This document shows positions 52,400-64,000 of a stretch of DNA of 64,000 nucleotides, one piece after another. The notes under the pieces were generated by a model. It was not told the origin of the DNA, made no database searches, and saw nothing but the letters and a program-made list of their open reading frames with translations. The DNA lies in NCBI GenBank assembly GCA_030704615.1, contig CM060732.1, positions 49,786,001-49,850,000 on the forward strand, in the 5' to 3' direction. Every line of letters begins with the position of its first letter. The first letter of the stretch is position 1. Origin of the DNA: Takakia lepidozioides. Lineage: Eukaryota > Plantae > Bryophyta. Position numbers and translations under genes: made by a program.

Positions 52400-55225
52400 A
52401 TGGCAGGGTTGAATCAGGTGCATTTATTTGAATCGAGCACTTCCATGGTGGACACTGGTTTTGACAAAGGTGAAAGAGAGGGAGTAAAAAAGAACTCTTT
52501 TGGCACTCATGCGGATATGACAACACTATGTAAGTCAGGGCAACTGAAAGAGGCACTGCACATTTTCAACCAAGGATGCATTTCGGTGGACCCTGATACC
52601 TATGTGTATCTCATGCAGGAGTGCATCAAAAGTAAAAACCTACAGATGGGAAAGCAGGTGCATGCCCACATTATCCGAAGTCAATTTAAACCAAACTTCT
52701 TTGTACTCAACACCCTTGTCAACATGTATGCCAAGTGTGGGAGCTTGGCAGATGCACGCCAAGTGTTTGACAAAATGCCTGATCGAGGTGTGTTTACATG
52801 GACTATCATGATTGCAGGATATGCAAAACATGGATGTGGTATAGACGCTTTGAAAATGTATAGTCGAATGATACGGGAAGGGGTAGCACCCAACAAAGTC
52901 ACCTTCATTTGCATTCTCAATGCTTGTGCCAGCCTAGGAGCCCTGGAAAAGGGCAAGGAAGTCCATGCTGACATCATCAAAGGTGGAATTGCATCAGATA
53001 TCATTCTGGAGACTGCCCTTGCTGACATGTATGCCAAATGTGGGAGCGTAAGGGATGCACGTCAAGTGTTTGACAATATGGCTCGACGAAATGTGGTCTC
53101 CTGGAATGCAATGATTGCAGGATATGCTCAGCATGGGTGTGGTAGAGAGGCTTTGGAGATGTATGAGCAAATGATCCGGGAGGGGGTGTTGCCCAACAAG
53201 GTGACTTTCATTTGCATGCTCAAGGCGTGTGCCAGCCTAGGAGCCCTGGTAAAGGGCAAAGAGGTCTATGCTGACATTGTCAAAGCTAGAATTGCACCAG
53301 ATATCATTCTGGAGACAGCCCTTGTTGACATGTATGCAAAGTGTGGGAGCATACAGGATGCACGTCAAGTGTTTGACAACATGGGTGAACGAAATGTGGT
53401 CTCATGGAATGCAATTATTGCAGGCTATTGTCAGCACGAGTATGGTAGGGAGGCTTTTAAGATGTATAAGCAAATGATTAGGGAAGGGGTGTCACCAGAC
53501 ACTGTCACATTCAATTGCGTTCTCAAGGCTTGTGCCAGCCTAGGAGTCCTGGAAAAGGGTATAGGGGTCCATGCTGACATCATCAAACATGGAATTGTGC
53601 CAGATATCATAATGGAGAATACTCTTGTTCACATGTATGTCAAATGTGGGAGCATCAAGGATGCACTGCACGTGTTTAACAATATGAGTGAAAGAGATGT
53701 GGTCTCATGGAGTGCAATGATCACAGGATATACCCAGCATGGGTGTGGTAGTGAGGCTTTCAAGATGTATGAGCAAATGATACAAGAAGGGGTGACGCCT
53801 GACAGAGTCACATTCATTTGCCTTCTCAATGCGTGTGCCAGCCTTGGAGCCTTGGAAAAAGGCAAGAAGGTCCATGCCAATGTCATAAAAGCAGGAATTG
53901 CATCATATATAAATTTGGAGAATGCGCTTGTGGACATGTATGCCAAATGCGGGAGCATAAAGGATGCACAGCAAGTGTTCGACAATATGGCTCAACGAAA
54001 TGTGATCTCATGGAATGCAATGATCACAGGATATGGTCTTGGAGGTGGTAGGGAGGCCTTTGAGAGGTATGAGCAAATGATGAGGGAAGGAGTGATACCT
54101 GACCAGGTCACCTTCATTTGCATTCTCAATGTGTGTGCCAGCATGGCAGCCCTGCAAAAAGGAAAAGTGGTCCATGGTGATATCATCATATCTGGAATCG
54201 CATCAGATATCATCCTGGATAATACCCTTGTTGACATGTATTCCAAATGCGGGAGTGTGAAGGATGCACGTCAAGTGTTCAACGACATGGCTGAACGGGA
54301 TGTCATCTCATGGAGTGCGATGATTGCAGGATATGCTCAGCATGGGTGTGGTGGGGAGGCCCTGCGACTATTTGAAAAAATGCAACAAGAAGGCCTAAAG
54401 CCGGACAGTATTACCTTTGTATCTGTTCTCTCTGCATGTAGCCATGTGGGCTTAGTGGATGAAGGCCACCACTACTTTGATTCCATGAGTCAAGTTCATG
54501 GCCTCAGTCCTACAGTGGCGCATTTTAGCTGCATGGTGGACCTTCTTGGCCGTGCAGGGCGATTGGATGAGGCAGAGGACTTAATTAAGCAAATGCCTAT
54601 TGAATCAGATGCTGGGGTGTGGGGGGCTTTGCTTGGTGCCTGCAGAATTCATGGCGATATTGAGAAAGCAGAACATGCGGCCAATTGCCTTCTCAAGTTC
54701 AATCCACAGGCTGCAGGAACTTATGTGCTGCTATCGAACATTTATGCCGCTGCTGGCAAGTGGGAGGATGCAACCAAGGTGAGAAAAATGATGCAGGACA
54801 GAGGCATCAGAAAGGAGCCAGGGCATAGCTGCATTGAGTTGGACAACCAGTTGCATACATTTGTTGTAGAAGACAATAAGCATCCACAAATTCAGAAAAT
54901 CCATGCGGAGCTCGAGAGATTGTCTGGGCAGATGAAGGAGGCTGGGTATGTGCCTGACACAAGCTTTGCACTGCATGATGTGGAGGATGAGCAAAAGGAA
55001 TTTTCACTTCACCACCACAGTGAGAAGCTAGCCATTGCTTTTGGGCTAATTAACACACCCCCTGGGACTCCTATCCGCATCATCAAGAATCTTCGGGTGT
55101 GTGGTGACTGCCACACCGCCACCAAATTCATCTCGAAGATTGTTGGGCGAGCAATTGTTGTGCGGGATGCCAACCGCTTTCACTCCTTTCAAGATGGGGT
55201 CTGTTCTTGTGGGGATTATTGGTGA
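52400..55225 (+). CDS. PLS-class PPR protein with E1/E2 and DYW cytidine-deaminase domain (organellar C-to-U editing factor)
   Basis: 941-aa open ORF with six Y.KCGS-containing PLS triplets, WGALL, PG box (EPGHSCIE), HSEKLA, KNLRVCGDCH and terminal CSCGDYW. Confidence 0.97.
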   Translation: MAGLNQVHLFESSTSMVDTGFDKGEREGVKKNSFGTHADMTTLCKSGQLKEALHIFNQGCISVDPDTYVYLMQECIKSKNLQMGKQVHAHIIRSQFKPNFFVLNTLVNMYAKCGSLADARQVFDKMPDRGVFTWTIMIAGYAKHGCGIDALKMYSRMIREGVAPNKVTFICILNACASLGALEKGKEVHADIIKGGIASDIILETALADMYAKCGSVRDARQVFDNMARRNVVSWNAMIAGYAQHGCGREALEMYEQMIREGVLPNKVTFICMLKACASLGALVKGKEVYADIVKARIAPDIILETALVDMYAKCGSIQDARQVFDNMGERNVVSWNAIIAGYCQHEYGREAFKMYKQMIREGVSPDTVTFNCVLKACASLGVLEKGIGVHADIIKHGIVPDIIMENTLVHMYVKCGSIKDALHVFNNMSERDVVSWSAMITGYTQHGCGSEAFKMYEQMIQEGVTPDRVTFICLLNACASLGALEKGKKVHANVIKAGIASYINLENALVDMYAKCGSIKDAQQVFDNMAQRNVISWNAMITGYGLGGGREAFERYEQMMREGVIPDQVTFICILNVCASMAALQKGKVVHGDIIISGIASDIILDNTLVDMYSKCGSVKDARQVFNDMAERDVISWSAMIAGYAQHGCGGEALRLFEKMQQEGLKPDSITFVSVLSACSHVGLVDEGHHYFDSMSQVHGLSPTVAHFSCMVDLLGRAGRLDEAEDLIKQMPIESDAGVWGALLGACRIHGDIEKAEHAANCLLKFNPQAAGTYVLLSNIYAAAGKWEDATKVRKMMQDRGIRKEPGHSCIELDNQLHTFVVEDNKHPQIQKIHAELERLSGQMKEAGYVPDTSFALHDVEDEQKEFSLHHHSEKLAIAFGLINTPPGTPIRIIKNLRVCGDCHTATKFISKIVGRAIVVRDANRFHSFQDGVCSCGDYW

Positions 55226-56202
55226 AACAAACCACATGCATGAAAGAAACTGCGCTGCATCAAAGAAAGGGCCCGAAAGGTGATGGTCTGTTATTATCTT
55301 TATAAGCAAAGGCTTGAAAGCAGTGCTCTATGCAACTGACCTTGAGTACTGCACTGAGGTGCACAGGGTTGTCAAATGGCAGCTGGTCAACCTTCTGTGA
55401 GATGAATTGTGGACATTGACAGGACCAGCATGAAGTTTCTGCAGTTTTAACGCAAAAAGGCTGGACAAGGGGACCCTAAACAAACTAGTAGGCTTGGTAT
55501 TGGGGTGAGAGGAAACATATAGCATCTTATGATATTTTTATACCTCTTACTCCTCGAACGTCCTCCTCTATGGGCCACAGATGTCGAAGAGGCTTCCAAA
55601 TTGATACTTTTAATCCACCAGAGTTCCAATTCTGATATCTGAGCCCCCAGTTTTGGGTATCATCTATTTTGCACATGGACCTCACCTGCTTCACTCCTTT
55701 GTTTCAATGGAGTCGAGCAAAGTACCATCACGAAACAAACAAAATCAAAGTATAATGAGGGGCTTGTTGAGATCAAGTCTGAAGGGCATACTCTCAAACT
55801 CAACTATGTTCTGCACTTCACCATCCTCTTTTCTTCATGCATGCCACACTCTTCATCAATAAAGCAGCAGGATCTGGCTTGAGTGGCCCTGGAAAACCAC
55901 AGCATACCATTTGCCAAAATGCTTGGGTGAAGGAGGAGAGCAGTCAGGAGTGTGTCTCAGCATTTTGAGATATTCCCACGGGATGCTCAGGCCTTGCCAA
56001 GATAAGAAAGGAGATAATGATAGATTATGTTTTGGAGGGCAGCCGATGAGTTTTGGTGGATGTAGTTCGTGGGCTCAGAGCGTTTTGAATGGATTGGGAA
56101 TGAGTGTTGGCTGCTGATCGATGAATGTTTTTGTTGGGCAATGATAGCCTCACTTGAAGGAGACATTGGCTAGGGAAGGAGTGTGAATCTGAAGTTGTCA
56201 CC

Positions 56203-59200
56203 ATGGCTGCCATCGAGATAAACGCATGTTTTTGTTTTGGGTCTTCTGCCGATCATGAGGGAGAAAGAGATAGAGGAGCATGAATTTTGAACTTGGAGAG
56301 AAGAATTGTTGTCAAGTGTGTGACTGCGCTGGTAGGGATGGGATACATTGCAGCACCCACAGTTTGCTGTGTCAGAGAAGGAGGAAGCGGTGCTCTTGTG
56401 CTAGGGCAGTCGGGATCTCCTTTTTGGAAGCGAGGGCTCCGCAGGGCACCTCCAAGCCCAGTACTTCCATGGAGTGGAGGCATGCAGAGCAGGTATTCTG
56501 TACGCAAAACCATTGGGCTTACTTGCCTGTGGGGGCTGCCAGAACGTACCTGATTGTCAAGTAGACCAATTTGGCCTTCATTGGGCAGTCTTTTGAGGGA
56601 TTCTCTGGGTTGTAGGAGCATACAAAGAATCGTAAACGTACCATAGCAATGGCATCCAAGACTAGGTTTTGAGGATCTCTACATAATTCCGCTTTTGGTT
56701 CTCAGGTTGTGCACTAGCTTTCGCGTTCATTCTGGTGTACGCAACAGATTTATTTTTATAAAAGTCAGAACTTCCAGGAACCAGAGAAGTTAATGGCTAC
56801 TCAAGGCAATGTTAGCTTTACAATTACATGCTTTGGTTGGAATTGAAGTGTAGAAGTGATCTGGCCTTTGTCCAAGTGCATTGCTGACTGACGAAAATAC
56901 GACCAATCCACTGGCTGACTGTCCTCTCCTACGTAGTGGCCGCATCAAGGCAGAGTCTGTTAGCCTTTGTCTGGTCAATGAGTAAGATTGGCCTATCAAT
57001 TGTTTGGCAACGGAGTTGCCGTTTACATGGTTAGGTCCCAGCTCCGAGGCCAGGTATCTAGCTCTTGATGTGATGTTCTCGCGACGGTGAACGTTCATAC
57101 GATTTTTTGATCCGATTGTTGATGTTACTGTTCAGTTGGACTTAAAGCATGGATATAGCAAAAATTCAGGTGCCAATGTTGGAGATGTGGGGTGCTTTAG
57201 AGAATAATTGTTGGGAGTGGTGGCTTGGTTGGGAAAGGTTTTTGGGTCTACCGGTAGAGCAAGCCTGGTCCATAAGGAGAGGCCAGGGCTGGCAAGCTAA
57301 TGTGGCAGCTGACCACTCTGGCTCCAAGCCTGATGCATTCAAGCGACGAGGAAAATGGGGCTACCATCCACTCGAAGAGCTGTCGAAATATGAGAAGGAG
57401 GCGATGCAAGCAGGTGATGGACGACCAACTGACGCAGAGATTGCTAGGACTATCACTGAGGTACACCCTAATTGCCATGTTTTCTTGTTCTGTCAAGTTC
57501 TAGTCCATGGATTTGTGAAGTGATTTCCTCCTTTTGAATGGAAAGGGACCGTCTTCTTTCATTTGTCCATAATTTCTCCGAATATACTTTCTGGGTTTTA
57601 TAGCAAGGACATGCATTGAATTGTCAGGCGGGTGGTGAGACTCTGTCTACATTTAACTTCTCTTTGACAAAGGCCTTGAGTTTTGGAGCATTGTTGTTGA
57701 CCCTCATCAGTTGTGGTAACATAGGTAACTGCACATATAAAATTGTACTCCTCACTTCTATAATATGCGGTGCTGCTATTGTACATCACATCACAAGGCT
57801 CTAGTCATCCTTCAGGTCTGTATAATCTGGAAGAATTCATCAATCGTTGCAAGTCTGAGAGCAGAGCTTCTCTTCTCGCATCATCTTTGCAGTGAGAGGG
57901 ATGTCCTTTTAACATGCTGTGGGTTTCGACTGTTTACCTTCATGCTAATCAGGTGAACTGGAATGCCATCATATTCGCCTCAGTTGTTTCAGATGAAGAT
58001 TCGGTAGAGGTGCAGTACCTAGTCGACGAACGTGGGGGTGTGTGCATGCATCTCTTCTCATGTGCCTAGTAGACTTTATGTCAGCTTAAATATGATTGGT
58101 TGTTATAGCATTCTCAAACGGTCAGGAAGAATGCAAGGTATAAGTTGGTACACTTTGAACTTGGAAGTGTAATTCTCATGCTATGTTTTTCTTGTGAATG
58201 AGATCCATGATATGGTTTAGTATTGGATCAGGTGGGCCGAAGTACTTTTGATCATTACCATAAACTTGACACTCTTATTGCAGATTGATTGCACAAGGGG
58301 CTCTTGTATTGGTGCTCTACATACAGTTGGTCCACCTGTTGCCATGACAAGCATGGGGAGTTAGATTTGGGAGGCCTCTGGCTTGGTCAGTGCAGCAGGT
58401 CATATGGACCCCTACATAAAGTGTAGTTTCTGACCTAAGATGGCTTGATATCTGCTGTTTGTTGGAGGCCTTATACAACAGTGTGTATTTCTGTAGATTT
58501 CTATTTTGAGGTGAATGATGACGACGAATTTCTCTCCAACCTTGCCACTGCTCAAACCTTCACGGTATGCAAATCATTGCTTGCAAATCTGTCAATTCAA
58601 ATCCTTTGAAGGTTGAGTCTGCAGTATCAGCCATGGTTTTGATCCCATGTGGAATGATCATTTATCACATTAGGAAGCGTTTGTCTTCTGCTTCAAATGC
58701 GGTTTGCCATAATATATCTTTGGAATCACATATCAGATGTTTAATCTAGATTTGTGGCGGGTGTCAGTCAGTTTTATGTTCTTGCAAATTCATACCAGCT
58801 GAGTGAGGAGTAACCTCCTGCAGGCTACCTTACTGTGCAAAAACTTCTAACACTGGGTTAGTAAAATAGCCAAGTTACACTGCAAAAGAGAATTGTATCA
58901 CATGAACAACGTTGCCAATCACACATATCTCCTCTTCATCCATCCAGTGCGGTGGTATGGCAACCTGAATTGGAAGGTTCTTGCCTTGTGAAGGGCAGGT
59001 GTTGATAGGTTTTGGAGGTATGGATGAGATTCATGTTGAAGACGTGATTGAAGAGGTGGGGGATGATGAAGATGACGACCCCCCTGAGGATGATGATAGC
59101 TCCAGTGATGATGAGTCAGAGGATCTCATTGTACAGGTAGCACTTCTTACTAACTCCTTGGGCCCATGTGTAGGTTTCTTCACTGCGACCCTAAACTCCA

Positions 59201-62200
59201 GTGGTCCGATTGGCAAGGAAAACAGGGAATCAATGTGTAGATATGCTGTCCTGTATCCTCTCGCTGTATAGGTTTCCAACATTTGAGTGGTGGCATGTCC
59301 CTCCCCTGCTGAGATGCTTTTGTAATCCACTAGTGTTCAGTGCATGCTTGTTTTCAACAGGGGATGTGTCCTTCCTGGTAGTGCTGCCAAGTTGGAAATC
59401 TCATATATAATCGCAACCACAAGCTGGTTGTTGGCTGTGTAGGAGTTTCTGCTCCTGACTGTAGTTGTTGACAATTTGCTAGTATAGATACGATTGAACA
59501 GTGTTTGACCCCTCACTAAGGGGCCTTTCCATTTCCTTGCTCTCCCACTCTGCCATATAGTCATGCCAGGCATACTTGAGATCACTGGTAATCTGGGATT
59601 TGATTGCAGTTTTGGGAGGAAATGGTCCCTGGAGTTGGAGAGGTGATTCAGGACAGTTTATCGCCTGAGTCAATGGGCTCCTTAGGTGGTTGGGGAGGAC
59701 CTGACACTTTGGCTTGGGTACACCCCATGGAGTTTGCCACCAAACTAGCCCAGGTAAGCAACAAGCTTTGGGTATACGGTAGTCACAACACTTCTGGAGT
59801 TCTCTGTACCAGGCATCCTCTGCCTTAGGATTAGCCCATAGACCATGCTTTTTATAAGGGCCTCGTATTCGAGCACTCAATCTATTAGCTGTCTCACAAG
59901 AGGGTAGCGTCTCGTTAGTACGCTACCTTGCTGGAGTCTTGTTCTTCTTGTAGTGCTGCAAATTATGTTAAAATTTCCTCAGGGTTGGAAGAAATGCAAA
60001 TACGCAAACAAATGGCAAATATTGTCATTTAAGGCTTATTTAGCATTACAACTTCAGTGGCGGCAGTGTCATGGTCGATCTCCCATTGGGCATCTGGAAG
60101 GCCATTTATGGTCTGTAGCTTAGGAACAATGAACTTCAAGGAAAGGCTGCAAGTGTCTTCCAAGGAGATCTTATTGGGTGGGAATGAGAAAGGGAACTCA
60201 GGTCAAATGTATCTGATATGCTTTTGGGGGAACTGGCTACAGGCAGTGTCAACTGACCACATGGAAGACATAGGAAAGCCATCCAGGCGCCTGGCAATTA
60301 CGGGGACAGTGCGACGGATCACTATAGAGGAGGACCCTTATGTACAAAGTTTGTGGTATGATCGCTTTCTCTGGGATGAAGATGATGACGGTGAAGAGGA
60401 GGGGGAGGGGGAGGAGGAAGGAGAAGCAGAGACATTGAGACAATCTGAGAGTGATGATGGCAGCATGGTACAGTTGATCACTGAAAATGGGGCACATCCA
60501 ACATCAAAAACAACAGCTCAAGTCCCGCATGCTGGAAAGTTGCTGGCAGATCCCAAAAGCAGTGGCAACAAGGACCAACAGAGAGAGGATGGTCCACACT
60601 CTGACAGTATTTTGCAGTTCACTGCCGGTGGCTCTACATTGGGGACATGGGACACTCCTGGAATGTCAACATCTGACAGTGCCAATAGTCCCAATCTAGA
60701 CTTAAAATCAGTTGCTGACAGCAACAGGAGACAGCTGGGTATCAGAGGCAGGGGTTCTGATTTCTCACGTGTTTCTTTCGGAAATGATGAATCTACTCAG
60801 TTAGGACCCAGGATTGAGGGCTTTGCAACAGATGATCAAGAAGGGAATGGAAAACCAGAGGTTCCAATTGTGGAAGGGGATGCCCTGGTGGGGGAGTGGA
60901 CAGAGGAGGTCGGTTCGTCATTCTATAAGCTGGAGATGATCAGCATTCAGCTTGATTCCAGTTCAGGATTGCAGGTCAGCTGTCTTCATTATTAGTGAGG
61001 GTCATTTCGAGATCATTCTGAAAGACTCAAGTGACCATTATATGTGAGATTTCCTGCCAGAAACTGCTGTGTTGGCTTCACCTGACCTAGGGTTAAAAGT
61101 AGGAGCCAATGCAGGCAGGCACTGAGGATGTTTAGGCAGTCCCTAGGGAGGAACACAGTGAGTGAAGTTCTCGACATATAACCTTCATTGCTAGCACTAC
61201 ACCATATTAGCCGGTTTAAGTTTGGTGCCATGGCAGGTGTCAGTCACTGTATCCTTGTGTTTGTGTTGGGATCAGAAACAGAGAATTTGGCAGTAGAAAG
61301 CCAGGGAGCCAGGGTGTGTGTTTTGATATGTAAATTGTGTGTTGCATTGACTTATGGCCGTAAGTAACATGTAGTAGTGCTATACTCAAGTACTGCTCCT
61401 TCTGCTCTCTTTTCCCAGTCTGCTATAGAGGTGCAAGATTTTTGTGAAGCCGAACCGGACATACTGGCCCAGTCTGCCGCGTCCATTATAGAGAGGGTGA
61501 ATTCAGGGGGTATCAAAACTGAGCGAGCACTTAAGGCCCTTTGTCGACGAGAAAAAGGCCTTGATGTCGAGGTGAGTATCTTGTGTACTCCAGTTACTTG
61601 TCCATTCTTGACCTACCTGGTTTGTAGATGTAGTCCTGTGACTGATTATTTGTACTTTGGTATACTTACCCCTTCCAGAGGGCATGTGAAGTCGTAATTC
61701 ATCAGGGTACCATTCACATAACTAAATTGTTTTGGCATTCAAAAAGCGCCAGCATTGATGAACAGTCCTGCTTTGAGGTTTGGAAAGGGAATCCTAGATT
61801 GTAGACTGTCTCGGCTTCAAATCAAGCAGACAAGTCATTCATTTGAGAGGGCAAATAAACATTCCATAGGCAAATAAACATCTGGTCTTCCCAGTCTAAA
61901 TTTTGGATTCTATCATGACAGCAGGGTGTGGCTTGCTGTCAGAGGCTGTTCATTTCTGAAGGATGCCTGCATCTACTGTAAATATGCCAGCTCTCTGTAG
62001 CGCAAGCCAAGTCCGATGGTTCATACCTGTTGGCTGTTTTGCAGGAAGTGGCAGTAGTTGGAGTGGACTGTCTCGGGGTGGACGTGCGTGTCAGCTTTGG
62101 CATTGAAGTTCAAACACTTCGCTTTCCATTTAGTAGGCGGGTATGTGCAGATTATTTGCATGTGTGATGATTCTAACTAGTTGGTCTCTCCTCTTGAGCT

Positions 62201-62601
62201 GGTATTTAGCAGGCAATGCATCTGGGAGTTCCACTGTTCTAATTACTGCGTCGTATGAAGTTTCTTGTGGCGATGTGCGATGTTGTGCTTCTTTGGAGTA
62301 TGGCTGAATGATGTGGGACTTCGCTTTCTCGTCTGAAGAAAAAGAGAGCTTCGGGACCTTACAAATAACCAGTAACTAGCAGGCCAGCAAAGAGCAGTCA
62401 TGTATGTCATGTTTAATGACCAAGGTGCGGTACCTGCAGGGTTGATAGATGGATTAATGCTGAAGAGTTGTTACTTTCCTTGGGAAATTGGTGCAGGCAA
62501 GCTGTGAATCGAGTGCAGAGCAGCTTTTAGATCAGGTGCTGAATCCACGCTCCCACAAGCGTCCCAGAAAGAGCCAACAACCACGAGCCCCACGGCGCTG
62601 A
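56203..62601 (+). CDS. At3g59300/At3g49140-like protein (split-barrel family), multi-exon; start uncertain
   Basis: YHPLEEL..AEIARTITEV, VQYLVDE.GD.YFE, FYKLEM, F.EAEPDILA.SA..IIER, ALKALCRREKG..VEE..GVD.LG.DVRV..EVQTLRFPF. Last exon ends with TGA at 62599-62601. Confidence 0.82.
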
Positions 62602-64000
62602 CCAACACCCTTGTCTTCGGTGAATTGCCTGAGCTAGGTTTTAGGAGGTGCAGGATGGTTAAGCTATTTTCTACTGTCTGGAGGATTCTTAGACAAATAG
62701 ACACATCCTTGTAACAGTAGAGGTGGTTATTGTGGTACCGGCTGGTAGAATTCACTATCAGCCACCGGTAATTTGTCCTTGTTGCATGTGAGGAACGAGG
62801 AAAGAGACTTGCAAAGAAGTCAAGGTGTTCTTCAGAAAATAAGGATTCACCATATTACTTCGTCATTACGAAAGTTCAAACTTGGGATTGGCTCCTTGTC
62901 TCTGACACGCCAATACTGGTATATGCTTATTTGGAGGAAAAATCTCTCATGAATTGCTCAGCCTTGTGGAGGAAGTGACTGAAGTAGGATTCTCTGCCAG
63001 CAAATGAACAAAATTGCAGGCGGATGCAGAGGTGGTACCATCGATCTGAATCAATCTCGACTGGCGGAGGTACCCTGATGTGATGACTTCATCTATTTAT
63101 AGCAGCGTTTACCAAGACAACAAACAACTCTTGAATTTTGAAAGCCTTTGGGTTCTTCATCAAAACCACAGATTTCTCAAAGATGTTCCTCTACTTCAAT
63201 CCTGCCTCTTTCTTGCTCTCGTCACATGGAGGACTCCTGCAGTACGTACTACAGTCTACGTTTCCCAGTAAGCTGTCACATATCTCCACACGTTGACAGT
63301 CAGATCTCTCCCCCCCCACCTCGCATGTGCGTACTCTGCCCCAGGGTGACCTGCCATTGCACAGCCCTGCCTGCGCACATGGCCAAGGAAATTAACGTGC
63401 CCACCCACGCTCTACACAGACCTCGCATACATACATGGTACTGCCTGTCCCTGCTAAGTAGTCAAGCAAGAACGAGGAGGCGAGCTATGGTGGAGCCAGT
63501 AAGCATAAGACTCACGTACCTCTCTTCTCTTTGCTCTTTGGGCCTGGTCTTGGAATGGACCTCAAAAAGCTGGCAACCATTAATGGGACGTGGAAAACTC
63601 GGTGGGCGTTAATGCTCGGTATCGGAGAGATGGGCCCCGCCGCCAAATGAGCGGAGCGGCGGCGGCGGCAGGTGGCTGTCGGAAGCTGCCAGACGGGGTA
63701 TAAGTAGTGCGCGTCCCCGCAAAGTCTGGCAAACGTTATGGGATAAATGGAGTGCCAAATATGCATCGATCGGACGGGCCCTTCCTAACCCCCTCCCCAG
63801 CATTAAATGTAGCGTGAACATGATTGGTGGCGCAATCCCTGTGTTCCGTCCAAATATCCCTTCCTACTTCCGTGCTTTCCAATGTCGTTGGAAATTAACA
63901 TCCATTTAATTTATTGAAGATACTCCCATCAGGTTCACATCCACGGAGAGTGTTTTCATCCACCTTTCGCCGGTACGGCCGCCCCAATTACAACGGACCC

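Noticed and set aside
63250-64000. GC-rich terminal region as a gene or transposon start
   Set aside because: Truncated by the window edge, with no diagnostic motif.

Overview
Land-plant nuclear DNA. The style of the PLS-DYW PPR gene and the GT-rich intron acceptors suggest a bryophyte, but that is an inference. The left ~26 kb is a rearranged cluster of transposon relics and pseudogenes: three pieces of one L1-clade LINE family, a Ty3/gypsy chromovirus 3' half with its LTR, a second ~1 kb non-LTR element family (3 copies in the window), a hAT-bordered insertion carrying MULE-like sequence, MITEs, duplicated LRR-like relics, PPR fragments, an inverted partial copy of the neighbouring kinase gene, and a Crinkler-type nuclease C-terminus. 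The right ~38 kb is gene-dense: a receptor-like cytoplasmic pseudokinase, a TraB-family gene head-to-head with a small At1g79390-like gene, proteasome alpha-7 (PAG1), a candidate 65-aa GC-AG-spliced microprotein, a PLS-DYW RNA-editing PPR gene and an At3g59300/At3g49140-like gene. The leading candidates for something new are: (1) a spliced mini-ORF encoding an OSB-type 'PDF' ssDNA-binding motif just upstream of the DYW editing factor; (2) introns with C/T-rich 5' ends and G-rich 3' ends instead of polypyrimidine tracts; (3) the Crinkler-like relic. All assignments were made by eye, without database searches.
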